Part shown: piece after piece, positions 8,968 to 18,614 of the stretch | How positions within the stretch are numbered: position 1 is the stretch's first letter | Layout: every line of letters begins with the position of its first letter | From: a virus | IMG/VR virus record: IMGVR_UViG_3300024299_000011 | Span: 6,291-70,290 of that record | Length of the DNA: 64,000 nt | Direction: 5' to 3' (one strand) | The notes under the pieces: generated by a model | The model's database searches: none | What the model was told of the DNA's origin: nothing | What the model saw: only the letters and a program-made list of their open reading frames with translations | Made by a program: the position numbers and the translations under genes

Positions 8968-9812
8968 GAGTAATAATAACATTAATATTATTTATGGCAG
9001 CGACTATAACCCAAGCAGCATTCAACCCAAAGACCAACGCAGACTTTTATGACACATCAGTTCGTGTATATAATTTGGAAATGAATAGCGGCGGAACCGG
9101 GTCAATCTTTAGGTCATACAAAAACGCAAGTCATATCCTGACTAATAAGCATGTATGTGCTTTAATAAAGCCAGGTGGTTACGTTAACTATAAAAATAAA
9201 GATTACATCATCACTCACTATAAAGAATATAAGAGACATGACTTATGTCTGGTTCGTATAAACAAGGGACTAAAGATTAGCTTGAATATATCTCAAACTA
9301 TATCTAAGGTATCTCAAACTGTATATGTTTCAGGACATCCTAACTTATTACCTCATATTGTAACTAAGGGACATATATCTGATAATATGGATATCCAAAT
9401 AATTACAGGTAATAGACCTTGTAATAAAAAAGAGATCATAGAAGATCCAGCAAGATGTTCATTCTTTGGAGGAATGCCCATCATAGAAGTATCAGAAAGC
9501 ACTGTTGTATCTAACTTAATTAAGCCAGGAAGTTCTGGTAGTGCTGTGTTTAATTCTGCAGGAGAGTTAGTTGGAGTTGTTTATGCTGGTAGCGGTAGAG
9601 GCTTTAGCCACGGATTCATTGTACCTCATATATATCTACTATACTTTGTTCAAAATGCACATAGACAATCTTGGGTTAGAGTTGGGTTAAAGTCTAAAAC
9701 TAAAGGATCTAATAGTTCTATTTTTAATTATGAAAACTGTACTGGGATTATCACTAAACCAATTAAAACTATATGTGATAGCATTCAAGACAACTTAATC
9801 TGGAGAAAATAA
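8964..9812 (+). CDS. Secreted trypsin-like (S1) serine protease
   Basis: Signal peptide; GTG, ILTNKHVC (His), HDLCLV (Asp), PGSSGSAV (Ser). Confidence 0.88.
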   Translation: MRVIITLILFMAATITQAAFNPKTNADFYDTSVRVYNLEMNSGGTGSIFRSYKNASHILTNKHVCALIKPGGYVNYKNKDYIITHYKEYKRHDLCLVRINKGLKISLNISQTISKVSQTVYVSGHPNLLPHIVTKGHISDNMDIQIITGNRPCNKKEIIEDPARCSFFGGMPIIEVSESTVVSNLIKPGSSGSAVFNSAGELVGVVYAGSGRGFSHGFIVPHIYLLYFVQNAHRQSWVRVGLKSKTKGSNSSIFNYENCTGIITKPIKTICDSIQDNLIWRK

Positions 9813-10085
9813 ATGGAGTATTTAATAGGATTATTAGTAGCAGCGTTAGGTGGAGTTTTTTACTATAAGAAGAAAGCCGGAGATGCTTCTGTAGCAGCTA
9901 AATTAGCTGAAACAAAGGGTAGAGATGCAGAGCTAAAGCAGCAAGCAAAAGAAGTAAAGCAGGCTATAAAAGACATAGATGACAGCTTAGCTAAGATAAA
10001 AGCTAAGCGGACTGCAGATAAAAAGAAGAATGATAATTTATCTTTAGTTGAACTTAGAGATAAGATAAGAAAGGGACAAAAATGA
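9813..10085 (+). CDS. Membrane-anchored coiled-coil protein (i-spanin-like)
   Basis: N-terminal TM followed by a Lys-rich coiled coil. Confidence 0.45.
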   Translation: MEYLIGLLVAALGGVFYYKKKAGDASVAAKLAETKGRDAELKQQAKEVKQAIKDIDDSLAKIKAKRTADKKKNDNLSLVELRDKIRKGQK

Positions 10086-10315
10086 AATTAGTAAAAGGAT
10101 TTGGTATAAATATTGGTATTGATGAAGATGTGGTAAAAAAACTAAACGTTCACTTGTCTGATCATTTTAAAAATAAGAAGTTAATTAAGTTGGATAATAA
10201 AAGAGACTTAGTTATCCAGAAGTTAAATGAATATAAATACGAGTATTACAACATGGTATTAAAGAAAGCTGAGTTAGAATCATTAATCAAGGATTTAGAT
10301 AATGAAGCTGTGTGA
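10082..10315 (+). CDS. Hypothetical protein
   Basis: ORF in coupled operon. Confidence 0.55.
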   Translation: MKLVKGFGINIGIDEDVVKKLNVHLSDHFKNKKLIKLDNKRDLVIQKLNEYKYEYYNMVLKKAELESLIKDLDNEAV

Positions 10316-10682
10316 TATTAAATGTGGATCATATTATGAAACACGTGATGAGTTTATCTTTAGAGTTGAATCTATATACAAACAAGAAAACACTTCTAAC
10401 GTATTATTTGAAATAGACGATTGGATATATGGTGACAACAAGAAACTTATGAATATTAGTAACGATAATAGATTAATTAAATTAACCTCATCAGAGCTTG
10501 AAGATGTATCAGAAGTAAGTGGTACTAGGTTTGACATTAGAGAGTATGAGGCAATGATTGACTTAGTAAAGACTGTCTCCTCCCGAGGCCCCCACTACAG
10601 ACCCATGAAACGTAACGAAAAACGAACTACCTTATTCAATATTTTAATTAAATATCATAGGATGACACATGAAGAGTGTTAA
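10302..10682 (+). CDS. Hypothetical protein
   Basis: ORF in coupled operon. Confidence 0.55.
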   Translation: MKLCDIKCGSYYETRDEFIFRVESIYKQENTSNVLFEIDDWIYGDNKKLMNISNDNRLIKLTSSELEDVSEVSGTRFDIREYEAMIDLVKTVSSRGPHYRPMKRNEKRTTLFNILIKYHRMTHEEC

Positions 10683-11067
10683 ACTTATTATTGGTATTTT
10701 ATTCTTATTACCTCAATTTATTTTTGCTCAATGTCCTGAAGATATTCAATCAATTAAAAAAGGACAAGTTGCTAATTGTGAAGGTCTTCTATTTTCACCA
10801 GAAGCAAGTAAGAATGTAGCAAACACACAAGATGATGCTAAGCACTATAAAGAATTATCTGATCTACTGTATAAGCGCCAAGAACTAACTACAAAAGACA
10901 TAACTATCCTGGATAAAAGATTACATCTATATATGGAGCAAAGTAATACTTTAGCAACACAGCTATATAAAAAAGAGCAAGACGGTAAGTGGCAGAAGTT
11001 TATATATTTTGGTTTAGGCGTATTAGCAACAGGATTTGCATTCTACGGGGTGTCTCATCTCAAATAA
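10669..11067 (+). CDS. Exported protein with C-terminal TM helix (spanin-like)
   Basis: Signal peptide, two Cys, coiled coil, C-terminal FIYFGLGVLATGFAFYGV. Confidence 0.45.
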   Translation: MKSVKLIIGILFLLPQFIFAQCPEDIQSIKKGQVANCEGLLFSPEASKNVANTQDDAKHYKELSDLLYKRQELTTKDITILDKRLHLYMEQSNTLATQLYKKEQDGKWQKFIYFGLGVLATGFAFYGVSHLK

Positions 11068-11428
11068 CGACGACATTGAAAGATTAATGGAGATTGCTAC
11101 ATCTAGCACAGCCCCAATTAAACACGACGATCCTGAGGTTCTCCAGTTCATAGAAGAGTTGGGGATTACCAGTGGAACAGCTAAAGTTCCAACATATACG
11201 TTATATTACACTTATGTGTTATGGAGAGATAAGCGAAAGAAGTTAAGTAGATTATTATTTTTTAGAGAAACCGCTAAACATTTTGAGAGAGTCCAAGGAA
11301 AAGGGACTAACAATTACCTCCTAAACGCAGAGCCCTTTGATCTAACACCTGAAGGTTTTTTTGCAGCTAGAGCACAACTGAGACGAGAGCGATATGCAAA
11401 AGAAAAAAGGAAAAACAAAAAGAAGTAA
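11057..11428 (+). CDS. Hypothetical protein, probable ATC start
   Basis: GGGGT-5nt-ATC at 11057, in frame with ORF 11036..11428. Confidence 0.55.
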   Translation: MSNNDDIERLMEIATSSTAPIKHDDPEVLQFIEELGITSGTAKVPTYTLYYTYVLWRDKRKKLSRLLFFRETAKHFERVQGKGTNNYLLNAEPFDLTPEGFFAARAQLRRERYAKEKRKNKKK

Positions 11429-11918
11429 GGAGAAATTCCCCTCCTTAAAGAGAAACTTAAACTCTAAGGTTAGACAGGAATACGTTGATTATGATTATAT
11501 TGATGGATTCAACAACTACAGCACTGGCGAACAAGTAATGAGACCTTTAACTGACGAAGAGAAGCAATTCCTAGAAGACTTTAATAATGAGTATTATAAC
11601 GCCTCTGTTGGAAAACAAGCAGATGAAGGTAAGAATAACCGATTCGTAAAGGGTTATGATGAAGATGGTTTAAGTGAAGTAAAGAAGTCTCAGGATGCAA
11701 ACAATGCCCGTCAGAGAGACTTATACGGTAAGGTACGTAATAAGGTGGGTGCCACTAAATTACTCAACTACGAGGATTCTACGGCTATTATTGATGATCA
11801 TTTTAAGAAGAGATTAAGTGCTAGTGAATATGAGGATGCTTTAATAGATTATTTAGATTCTACCGAAGAGTTTGAGGAGACCAGCAAGCCCCGTAATAAG
11901 AATGGTAAGAAATCCTAA
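11394..11918 (+). CDS. Hypothetical phage protein
   Basis: 174-aa ORF with basic N-terminus and YVDYDYID/LTDEEKQFL motifs; last gene before the strand switch. Confidence 0.65.
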   Translation: MQKKKGKTKRSKEKFPSLKRNLNSKVRQEYVDYDYIDGFNNYSTGEQVMRPLTDEEKQFLEDFNNEYYNASVGKQADEGKNNRFVKGYDEDGLSEVKKSQDANNARQRDLYGKVRNKVGATKLLNYEDSTAIIDDHFKKRLSASEYEDALIDYLDSTEEFEETSKPRNKNGKKS

Positions 11919-12173
11919 AGCTTTAAGACCTCCGTGAACCATACTAATATGGCGTTTAATTGGCTCTAATTCAGACTTTATATTGCCTTTTTCGTTCTCA
12001 ACTATTTCTTCTAGATGATGTGATCTTTTCATATGTTCTTTAAGATTCTGTTCCTGAACAATCAGGACTTTCTCGATATTATCCAAACGAACGTCATTTT
12101 CTTTGTCGTGCCTATCCATTTTATCGTGGATCTCTTTTAACTTGTTGTATAACTCTTTTTTATCCCAGAACAT
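11853..12173 (-). CDS. Coiled-coil protein with C-terminal TM (holin/hemolysin-like)
   Basis: Coiled coil followed by LKALGFLTILITGLAGLLKLF; last gene of the late operon. Confidence 0.5.
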   Translation of the reverse strand: MFWDKKELYNKLKEIHDKMDRHDKENDVRLDNIEKVLIVQEQNLKEHMKRSHHLEEIVENEKGNIKSELEPIKRHISMVHGGLKALGFLTILITGLAGLLKLFGRI

Positions 12174-12174
12174 A

Positions 12175-14181
12175 TTATTTCACCAATTTCATCATCCTTC
12201 TATATTGAGGGTTTTGTAAGATATGGAACATAGCAGCTCGTCTACCTTTAACATCTTTTTGTGACATATTATCAATAAGTGTTGATAGTTTATCACCTTC
12301 TTCTCCATACTCTTCTCTAATCGACTGTGCCTGCGCTGTTAACTCTTCAGGACTCGCTTTTTCTGCATGTTTAAAAGCCCTTTGGTGTGTTTTATAAGGA
12401 GCTTCTTTAGCGTCTATTTTATTTTGATCTACTTTAGACGCATCTTCTATTAACTTAACGTTAGCCGGTTCATTAAGAGTTTTCATAACTAACCCCTTAA
12501 CTCCCCCAGGACTATCCATTGATTTTAACAACTTGCCTGATAAAACCATACCCTCTGAACCCATTTTAGCTAAATTACCAGCAACAGTTTTAATAAATTC
12601 TGGAGGTGCGCTCATTAGTTTATTAGCAGCTAAACCAGATACATTAGATCCTGCAGTAGCAACTGCTCTAGGAGTTCCTAGTAAAGTAAATGTAGATCCG
12701 CCTTTAATTATCTTTTCTGATAGATCTAAGCGACCAACGACATCAACCAATTCTTTTTCATACTTAGCAGCAATATTTGGTGATATTTGTCTTACATTTT
12801 CCACAACATCTGTTACAATCCTCCTAGCTTCATCTCCTGTGAGATTTTCACCCTCAAGCTTAGATAGTACTTTTGTTATCTTATCTTTAGTTTGTTCCGG
12901 TAAATTCTTTTCATTAACTTTCAACCTATCAAGTGTGTTTTTAATGAGACCATATTGTTTCTTTAATTCAGGCATACCTTCAGTAATATCACCTAACTTT
13001 TCACCAACACCTTTATATAACTCTCTAGCGGTTCCTGCAGGTTTAACCACTAGAGGAGACATACCAAATTGAGGTCTATATGCCTTAATAGCTAATTCAA
13101 AATCTCTAGCCTGTTCAGGAGTAACCATTACTTTTTTAGCTGTTTCTTTAGGTAATACAAGTCCTTCTGGTAAATCTTTTTTAGCAAAACCAGAGAACAT
13201 GTCATTAACTTTAGTTCCCTTTAATTTATTTATTTCAGCTTCTATGCCGCTGGCATAAGAACCAGTCTCTATAGTTCCGTGCTTTTTAATAGACTTTAGT
13301 TGTTTCATAGCTTCAGATATTTCATCAGTTAAATCAACTTTAGCCCCAGATTCCGTAGCTCTTTGTATTTCTTTTTGCATACCGCCACCGACTTTATCCT
13401 GTAAACCTTTTATGTCTTCAAATAACTCTCCACCTTTTTTAGAAACCAAATCCGCAGCTTCTCTTCTACCGGCAGAAGTGGCTAAAACTTCCCCTTTTTT
13501 TCCACGCTTAAACGATTCTATCATATCTTCAATAATTGGAACAGATTTAATTTTAGATCCAACACCTTTTACTGCTTTTATTCCAGACGTAGCTAGGGGA
13601 ATTAACGGCCCAGTAGCAGCTCCAATAGCAGCTCCCTCACCAGCACTCTCTAATCTATCTCCAACACCACCTTCACCCATACCAAATCCGGCAATAGCAC
13701 CAGTACCGGCACCTATTCCACTAGTAACGGCAACTTTACCTGCAGTACCTAGACCTTTAGCGTATTTATATGCTTTGGCGAACTTACCAGGACCTGCCAC
13801 ACCTCCAGCAAGGGTTCCTCCCATATATGTTCCAGGATGTTCTTCTGATGCTTGCGTATTTCTTCCTCGCTCAGCTTCTAAACCTTCTCTATATGATTGT
13901 AGTAGTTTTTCTTTATCTAATGTCGGGTCCCATTCGTCTCCAGCAACGCTAATATCAGTAACTGGACCACCTACTCCTTCTAATCCAATAGCTCTACCAG
14001 CAGCTTCAAAACCCCCAGCAATCTCATCACCAAACCCAAAAGTAGCTCCTTGAGAAACTCCTTGTAACGCAGCCTGAGCTTGTCCCATTGACTCTTCTTG
14101 AGGACCACCTTCATTAAGATATGCATCTGGATCAAAATCATCTTCAGCTAAATATGCATCTGGATCGAATGTATCTGCCAT
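12175..14181 (-). CDS. Internal virion/ejection protein
   Basis: FDPDAYL x2, QGATFGFGDE and Gly/Ala-rich helices typical of podovirus ejection proteins; synteny. Confidence 0.65.
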   Translation of the reverse strand: MADTFDPDAYLAEDDFDPDAYLNEGGPQEESMGQAQAALQGVSQGATFGFGDEIAGGFEAAGRAIGLEGVGGPVTDISVAGDEWDPTLDKEKLLQSYREGLEAERGRNTQASEEHPGTYMGGTLAGGVAGPGKFAKAYKYAKGLGTAGKVAVTSGIGAGTGAIAGFGMGEGGVGDRLESAGEGAAIGAATGPLIPLATSGIKAVKGVGSKIKSVPIIEDMIESFKRGKKGEVLATSAGRREAADLVSKKGGELFEDIKGLQDKVGGGMQKEIQRATESGAKVDLTDEISEAMKQLKSIKKHGTIETGSYASGIEAEINKLKGTKVNDMFSGFAKKDLPEGLVLPKETAKKVMVTPEQARDFELAIKAYRPQFGMSPLVVKPAGTARELYKGVGEKLGDITEGMPELKKQYGLIKNTLDRLKVNEKNLPEQTKDKITKVLSKLEGENLTGDEARRIVTDVVENVRQISPNIAAKYEKELVDVVGRLDLSEKIIKGGSTFTLLGTPRAVATAGSNVSGLAANKLMSAPPEFIKTVAGNLAKMGSEGMVLSGKLLKSMDSPGGVKGLVMKTLNEPANVKLIEDASKVDQNKIDAKEAPYKTHQRAFKHAEKASPEELTAQAQSIREEYGEEGDKLSTLIDNMSQKDVKGRRAAMFHILQNPQYRRMMKLVK

Positions 14182-14182
14182 A

Positions 14183-15592
14183 TTATAAACCTTTATTATT
14201 TAATTTTTCTAAAATAGCTTTTGCTCTAGGGTCATCTTTATTTGATTCAGCCCACTTTTTAGCAGCTTTATCTTTAGCACTAAGTTCTACTTTCGGTACA
14301 TCCTTCTCTATAGATTTCTTGTAGTTTTCGTCAAGAAGGTATCTAGCATCTTCTTTAGAGATACCCTCTCTCCTAGAATACAACTCGGCTTCAGTGTCAA
14401 TTGATTTATTGATTTTTTCATGAGCAGCTTTTTTACTAATTTCTAATAATCTTTTTAAATTCTCATAAGAAGTTTCGGTAATCTGCCCACTAGACGCCTT
14501 TTTCAAAGTATCCAACAAACCACCAACTAAAGATGGATTTTGAACATAACGCTTAACATCATTCTCAGTTAAAACACCAACTTCTCCAGCAATAGCTTTA
14601 GCAACCTTAGGTCCAATCATGGCTAAAGATTGTCCACCAGTTTCATAAGCATCATCTAATAATCTATTAATGTTATCAACTTCATTAATTGTTTTAGATG
14701 CAGTTTTCCATGCATCAGTTTTACGAAGACTATCTACAGCACTTTTTGCATCATCTTGTTGTTTTTGGGTTATACTATGTTTCATTTTAACACCACGACG
14801 AGTCTCTCCAGTCTCTTTAATACCCAACGCTTTTTCTCTTAAAGTTAAAGATTGTTTTTGATATTCACTCATCCCACTCTTACCTGAATCCATAATTTTA
14901 TCTAAATGTGTCAACTCTCTTAAAGTTATTGAAGGATGAATTACAATGGGATCAACTTTTGTTTTCTCAGCTTCAGCGTTTAATCTTTTTTGAAGATCGT
15001 CTTTTAAAATAACAGCTGCAGCATTTGGTTTTTTAGTAACAGGATCTACATAGTCGCTTGGGTGATCCATTATCTTCTCCCAGTTAATTTTCATACCGAG
15101 ACGTTCACCTTCCATTTTAGCTTGTTTTAAAGACTCCTCTTTTTCTTGAGTAGTTAAACTAAATAAACTAGAGGCTCGCTCTTCTTTAGAATCAGCTAAA
15201 TCCATACCCTGCTCTTTTTGTTCTTGACTCAAATCAAACGCTAAAGCATCTCTTTCATCTCTTGCCGAAGCTCTTTCTTCTTTTTTTGCCGCAGCTTGCG
15301 AGTTCATCATTGCTTTATATTTCTTCAGAGGATCGTTAGACCGCTCTTCTAAACTATCTGCCATACTCATATCAGCTTTATACCCTGTACCAGATACTAG
15401 AGCTTGGTTGAGTTGTTGAAATCCACGAAGTAAGTCTGCTTTTTTTCTTTGCTCGTCACGTTGAGCTAAAGCGTCTTCTAATAAAGGATTAGTTGGTTGT
15501 TCAAATGACTCATCTTCTTCAGGAACGTATTCCTGTCCTTCTATGGAATTTTGAAATTGATTTAATAGATCTTGATCGTCTTCATATGCCAT
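14183..15592 (-). CDS. Internal virion/ejection protein
   Basis: Helical charged protein with GEVGVLTENDV; synteny. Confidence 0.6.
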   Translation of the reverse strand: MAYEDDQDLLNQFQNSIEGQEYVPEEDESFEQPTNPLLEDALAQRDEQRKKADLLRGFQQLNQALVSGTGYKADMSMADSLEERSNDPLKKYKAMMNSQAAAKKEERASARDERDALAFDLSQEQKEQGMDLADSKEERASSLFSLTTQEKEESLKQAKMEGERLGMKINWEKIMDHPSDYVDPVTKKPNAAAVILKDDLQKRLNAEAEKTKVDPIVIHPSITLRELTHLDKIMDSGKSGMSEYQKQSLTLREKALGIKETGETRRGVKMKHSITQKQQDDAKSAVDSLRKTDAWKTASKTINEVDNINRLLDDAYETGGQSLAMIGPKVAKAIAGEVGVLTENDVKRYVQNPSLVGGLLDTLKKASSGQITETSYENLKRLLEISKKAAHEKINKSIDTEAELYSRREGISKEDARYLLDENYKKSIEKDVPKVELSAKDKAAKKWAESNKDDPRAKAILEKLNNKGL

Positions 15593-16563
15593 TAAGATTC
15601 TCCATCTTTTTTCTTATCTTTTTTATTAAACGCTGAGACTATGTCAGCAATACCACCACCGATACCGGCGTATTGACCAGCAACTGCGTTATGTCCTGCC
15701 TGGGCAATCTTACCCCCAGCAGTCAACTGCTCAGCTTGTCCACCAGCCCTTTGAATATCGTTTTGAAACTGTTGTTGTATCAATTGTTTATTTCTAAGTT
15801 CATTTTGATTTCTATTTTGAATGTTCGCATCTGATGCTGCTTGACGTGCTGCTAGATTTGCTGCTTGAGCTTGATTTCTAGATGCTACATTTTGACCCAT
15901 AACCCGCTGTCTATTAGCCGTATTGAATTGATTAATAGCGTCCTTAGCCTTTGCTATATTAGCCTGTTCACCAACATCCTGAGACCTTAGGTTACCTGCC
16001 ATAGAGCTTTGTTGAGCTGTTGCTTGTAACGCTCTAGCTTGTGCATTTTGAATTGCTTTATTACTTGCAGAAGCCTCAGCATCTATTGATTGTTGTTCAC
16101 CTTTAAGTTGCGCTGCTAGTTCCATCCCAGAACCAAGAACTCCACGTTGAGCCATTTCATTTAATATTGATTTTTGCCTAGCTCTTGCATTTTGATTAAC
16201 ATCTCTTTTAACGTCTCTCATTGCAGCTTTATCGCCTTCGGTGTAACCACCCTCTGCGACTTCAGACATAGTTTTTAATGCGTCCATTTGTTGTTGTACA
16301 ACTTCAGGATCTGCAGATACTTGCTCCATTGCTGAGGGATCTAATCCCAGAGACTGTAGTGCTTCAGGATTATATTCTCCTATAACTCTAAGTTCTTCTA
16401 AGATTGCTTTCTGTTCTTCTATGCCGGGAGTTTCTACGTTTTGTAATAATTCTATAGCCCGTCTTTGAGCGTCCTCTGCAGACTCTCTACCTTTTTTAGC
16501 TTCACTTGCTCCGGCTAATCCACCGATTAAACTTGCAGCACCTGCTATAATTGTTGGCCACAT
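15592..16563 (-). CDS. DNA pilot/ejection protein
   Basis: N-terminal IIAGAASLIGGLAG, Gln/Ala/Asn-rich body, RGVLGSG. Confidence 0.65.
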   Translation of the reverse strand: MWPTIIAGAASLIGGLAGASEAKKGRESAEDAQRRAIELLQNVETPGIEEQKAILEELRVIGEYNPEALQSLGLDPSAMEQVSADPEVVQQQMDALKTMSEVAEGGYTEGDKAAMRDVKRDVNQNARARQKSILNEMAQRGVLGSGMELAAQLKGEQQSIDAEASASNKAIQNAQARALQATAQQSSMAGNLRSQDVGEQANIAKAKDAINQFNTANRQRVMGQNVASRNQAQAANLAARQAASDANIQNRNQNELRNKQLIQQQFQNDIQRAGGQAEQLTAGGKIAQAGHNAVAGQYAGIGGGIADIVSAFNKKDKKKDGES

Positions 16564-16574
16564 ATATTAACTCC

Positions 16575-18149
16575 CTATTTACCTTTAAATCCAACTGAAG
16601 GATCTATATATTCATCGGTTCCATAATATTCATCACCTTGAGCTTTACCGCCCAAAGTTCTTGCATAATTTTGTTGATTTAAGAAATCTTGAAATTGCTG
16701 ATATACGTTATCTTCAACTCCTTGAGCATTCTGAGTTCTACCTCCACTTCTAGTAGAAGCTAGTTGATTAATTGCACTACGACCACCAGACACCATATCT
16801 AAAGCATTAGCTTCAGCCATAGACATCCCTCTACCGGAGTCATTTATATTTGCATACAAATTAGTATTTCCTGCAAGTTCATTAAATTGATCTTGTCTAG
16901 AAGATAATCTATTAGCTAAAGCAGAGTCTCCAGTTTGTGCCGAGTAAGCAGATCCTAAATCAGCAGCTTGTGTTATATTTTGACGAGAATCAGATCCCAT
17001 CATTTTTGCTAAAGCGGCATATCTATCCACATCTCCCTGAGTTGCAACATCTTGTGCGGTTTTAGCCTCAGTACCTTGCACTGCTATATCACCAACCCCG
17101 TTAAGGTTTTCCATAACATCGAAAGATCTAGTTGGAGCTGTTACACCAAGTTGAGCTAATTGAGAACTAGTCAAACCCTGCTGTCCCATTTCTTTAGTTT
17201 TATAAGCATCTACTGCAGATCCTAACTGATCCCATTCTGTTTGTCTTTGTTGCTGTACTGGATCAACATAAGACCCCAGCATGTCCATGAAAGCTTCTTC
17301 ATTTAATCCCGCTTGGGTGTTTAAGCCACTCATAATACCTTGTTCTTGAGAAGCTAAGCTAGCCACAGTACCAGCACCTTGTTGAGCAAGTCTTTGAGAT
17401 TCTGTTGCAGATTTTAAGTCTTGTGAAATATCAGATCGTAACCCACCAAGTCCTTGTTGAGATAATAAAGCTTGATCTAGCCGTTGCTGCCCAGTTGAAT
17501 ACCCAGGTCTAGCCGCTCCACCAAATGTTTTTCTTAGTAAATTAAACCTACCGCCTTCAGAACCCAATGCTTCTTGAGCATCTTGAGCTGATTGTAAATA
17601 CTCTCCAGACTCTTTAGCCGCCTGTTGTTGACGTAAAGCTAATAACCTCTCGTCTATCCCACGACCTGCTTGAATATTTTGATATTGATTAAATCCAGGA
17701 TCTTGTGTGAATTTTTGTATTCCCAGATCTTGTTTACGATTTTCATAATCTTTAATAGTAGCGCCTTCGCCTAATTTAGCGCTACCTATGTTTTGTCCAA
17801 TTTTATTTAAAGTTTCTTGGTATTTAGCACCCTCTTCTGTTACTTTTCTAGCCCCAGATATAGCACTTCCTAAATTCTTGTAATATTCTCCAGCTTCTCT
17901 CTCTTCTTTACCTATCTCTTTTTTAACGCCTTTACCAACTTGACCAGCAATTTGTTGACCAGCACCTTGATTAGCTTGAATGTATTTTTGAAGATTAGTA
18001 AATCTACCAGAACCTTGAGGTCGTTTATCAGGAGTTGCCATCCCACCAGGAGCCGCATTACCGACAGTTTGTAGAGGCCCAGGAGCAGATACTCCAGATC
18101 TATCAACAGCTTGATCATTCTCTTCTTGATTATCTTGTATACTAGCCAT
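16575..18149 (-). CDS. Gln/Gly-rich virion (ejection) protein
   Basis: Composition and position directly after a late-promoter motif. Confidence 0.55.
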   Translation of the reverse strand: MASIQDNQEENDQAVDRSGVSAPGPLQTVGNAAPGGMATPDKRPQGSGRFTNLQKYIQANQGAGQQIAGQVGKGVKKEIGKEEREAGEYYKNLGSAISGARKVTEEGAKYQETLNKIGQNIGSAKLGEGATIKDYENRKQDLGIQKFTQDPGFNQYQNIQAGRGIDERLLALRQQQAAKESGEYLQSAQDAQEALGSEGGRFNLLRKTFGGAARPGYSTGQQRLDQALLSQQGLGGLRSDISQDLKSATESQRLAQQGAGTVASLASQEQGIMSGLNTQAGLNEEAFMDMLGSYVDPVQQQRQTEWDQLGSAVDAYKTKEMGQQGLTSSQLAQLGVTAPTRSFDVMENLNGVGDIAVQGTEAKTAQDVATQGDVDRYAALAKMMGSDSRQNITQAADLGSAYSAQTGDSALANRLSSRQDQFNELAGNTNLYANINDSGRGMSMAEANALDMVSGGRSAINQLASTRSGGRTQNAQGVEDNVYQQFQDFLNQQNYARTLGGKAQGDEYYGTDEYIDPSVGFKGK

Positions 18150-18181
18150 AATTACCTTTTATTTTAGAAGTATTCCCTCAG

Positions 18182-18194
18182 TTATATTTGTTAA
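18182..18194 (-). promoter_or_regulatory. Late-promoter motif TTAACAAATATAA (copy 1)
   Basis: Exact 13-mer shared with five other sites upstream of structural genes. Confidence 0.75.
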
Positions 18195-18602
18195 TTAAAT
18201 AGTTAATATTGTTAGATCATATCTAGTTTCGGCCTGTAAGCCCCCGATATTAGTAATAGTCACTAAACTCGCATTCTGACTCCAAGAAATTACAGGTACT
18301 TGGGTCGGAAATGAGGTGTTATCTGACGTAATAACAGATCTAACAGTCAATATTCCTTGTATTTTATTTACTATACCAGACTTAAAACTGACAGTATTTA
18401 AAGGCTGACCAGTAGCTCCTGTAGTAAACGACAAAGTCTTAACTTCCTGAGCTAGGTTATCAAAGTCTACGTTTTTAGCTAATACACTTCTGACTTGCTC
18501 ATGAAATGAGTTAATAATGAATGCAAGCTTTCCTATGAGTTTCTGATCATCTTTATCAAAATCCTCAACGGTTACTCTTTTTAAATCAGGCGTCTTACCG
18601 AT
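18195..18602 (-). CDS. Virion-associated protein, 135 aa, probable ATC start
   Basis: Frame open 56 codons upstream of the listed TTG to GGAGGT-5nt-ATC GGT AAG ACG, filling the gap after the nozzle gene. Confidence 0.7.
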   Translation of the reverse strand: MGKTPDLKRVTVEDFDKDDQKLIGKLAFIINSFHEQVRSVLAKNVDFDNLAQEVKTLSFTTGATGQPLNTVSFKSGIVNKIQGILTVRSVITSDNTSFPTQVPVISWSQNASLVTITNIGGLQAETRYDLTILTI

Positions 18603-18614
18603 AGCAGACCTCCA

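Noticed and set aside
12533-14053. Long + strand ORFs (179 and 213 aa) and similar antisense ORFs across the structural module
   Set aside because: Shadows of Gly/Ala-rich - strand genes; no SD or recognisable motifs.
14121-14170. Nucleotide direct repeat
   Set aside because: Simply encodes the FDPDAYL peptide repeat.
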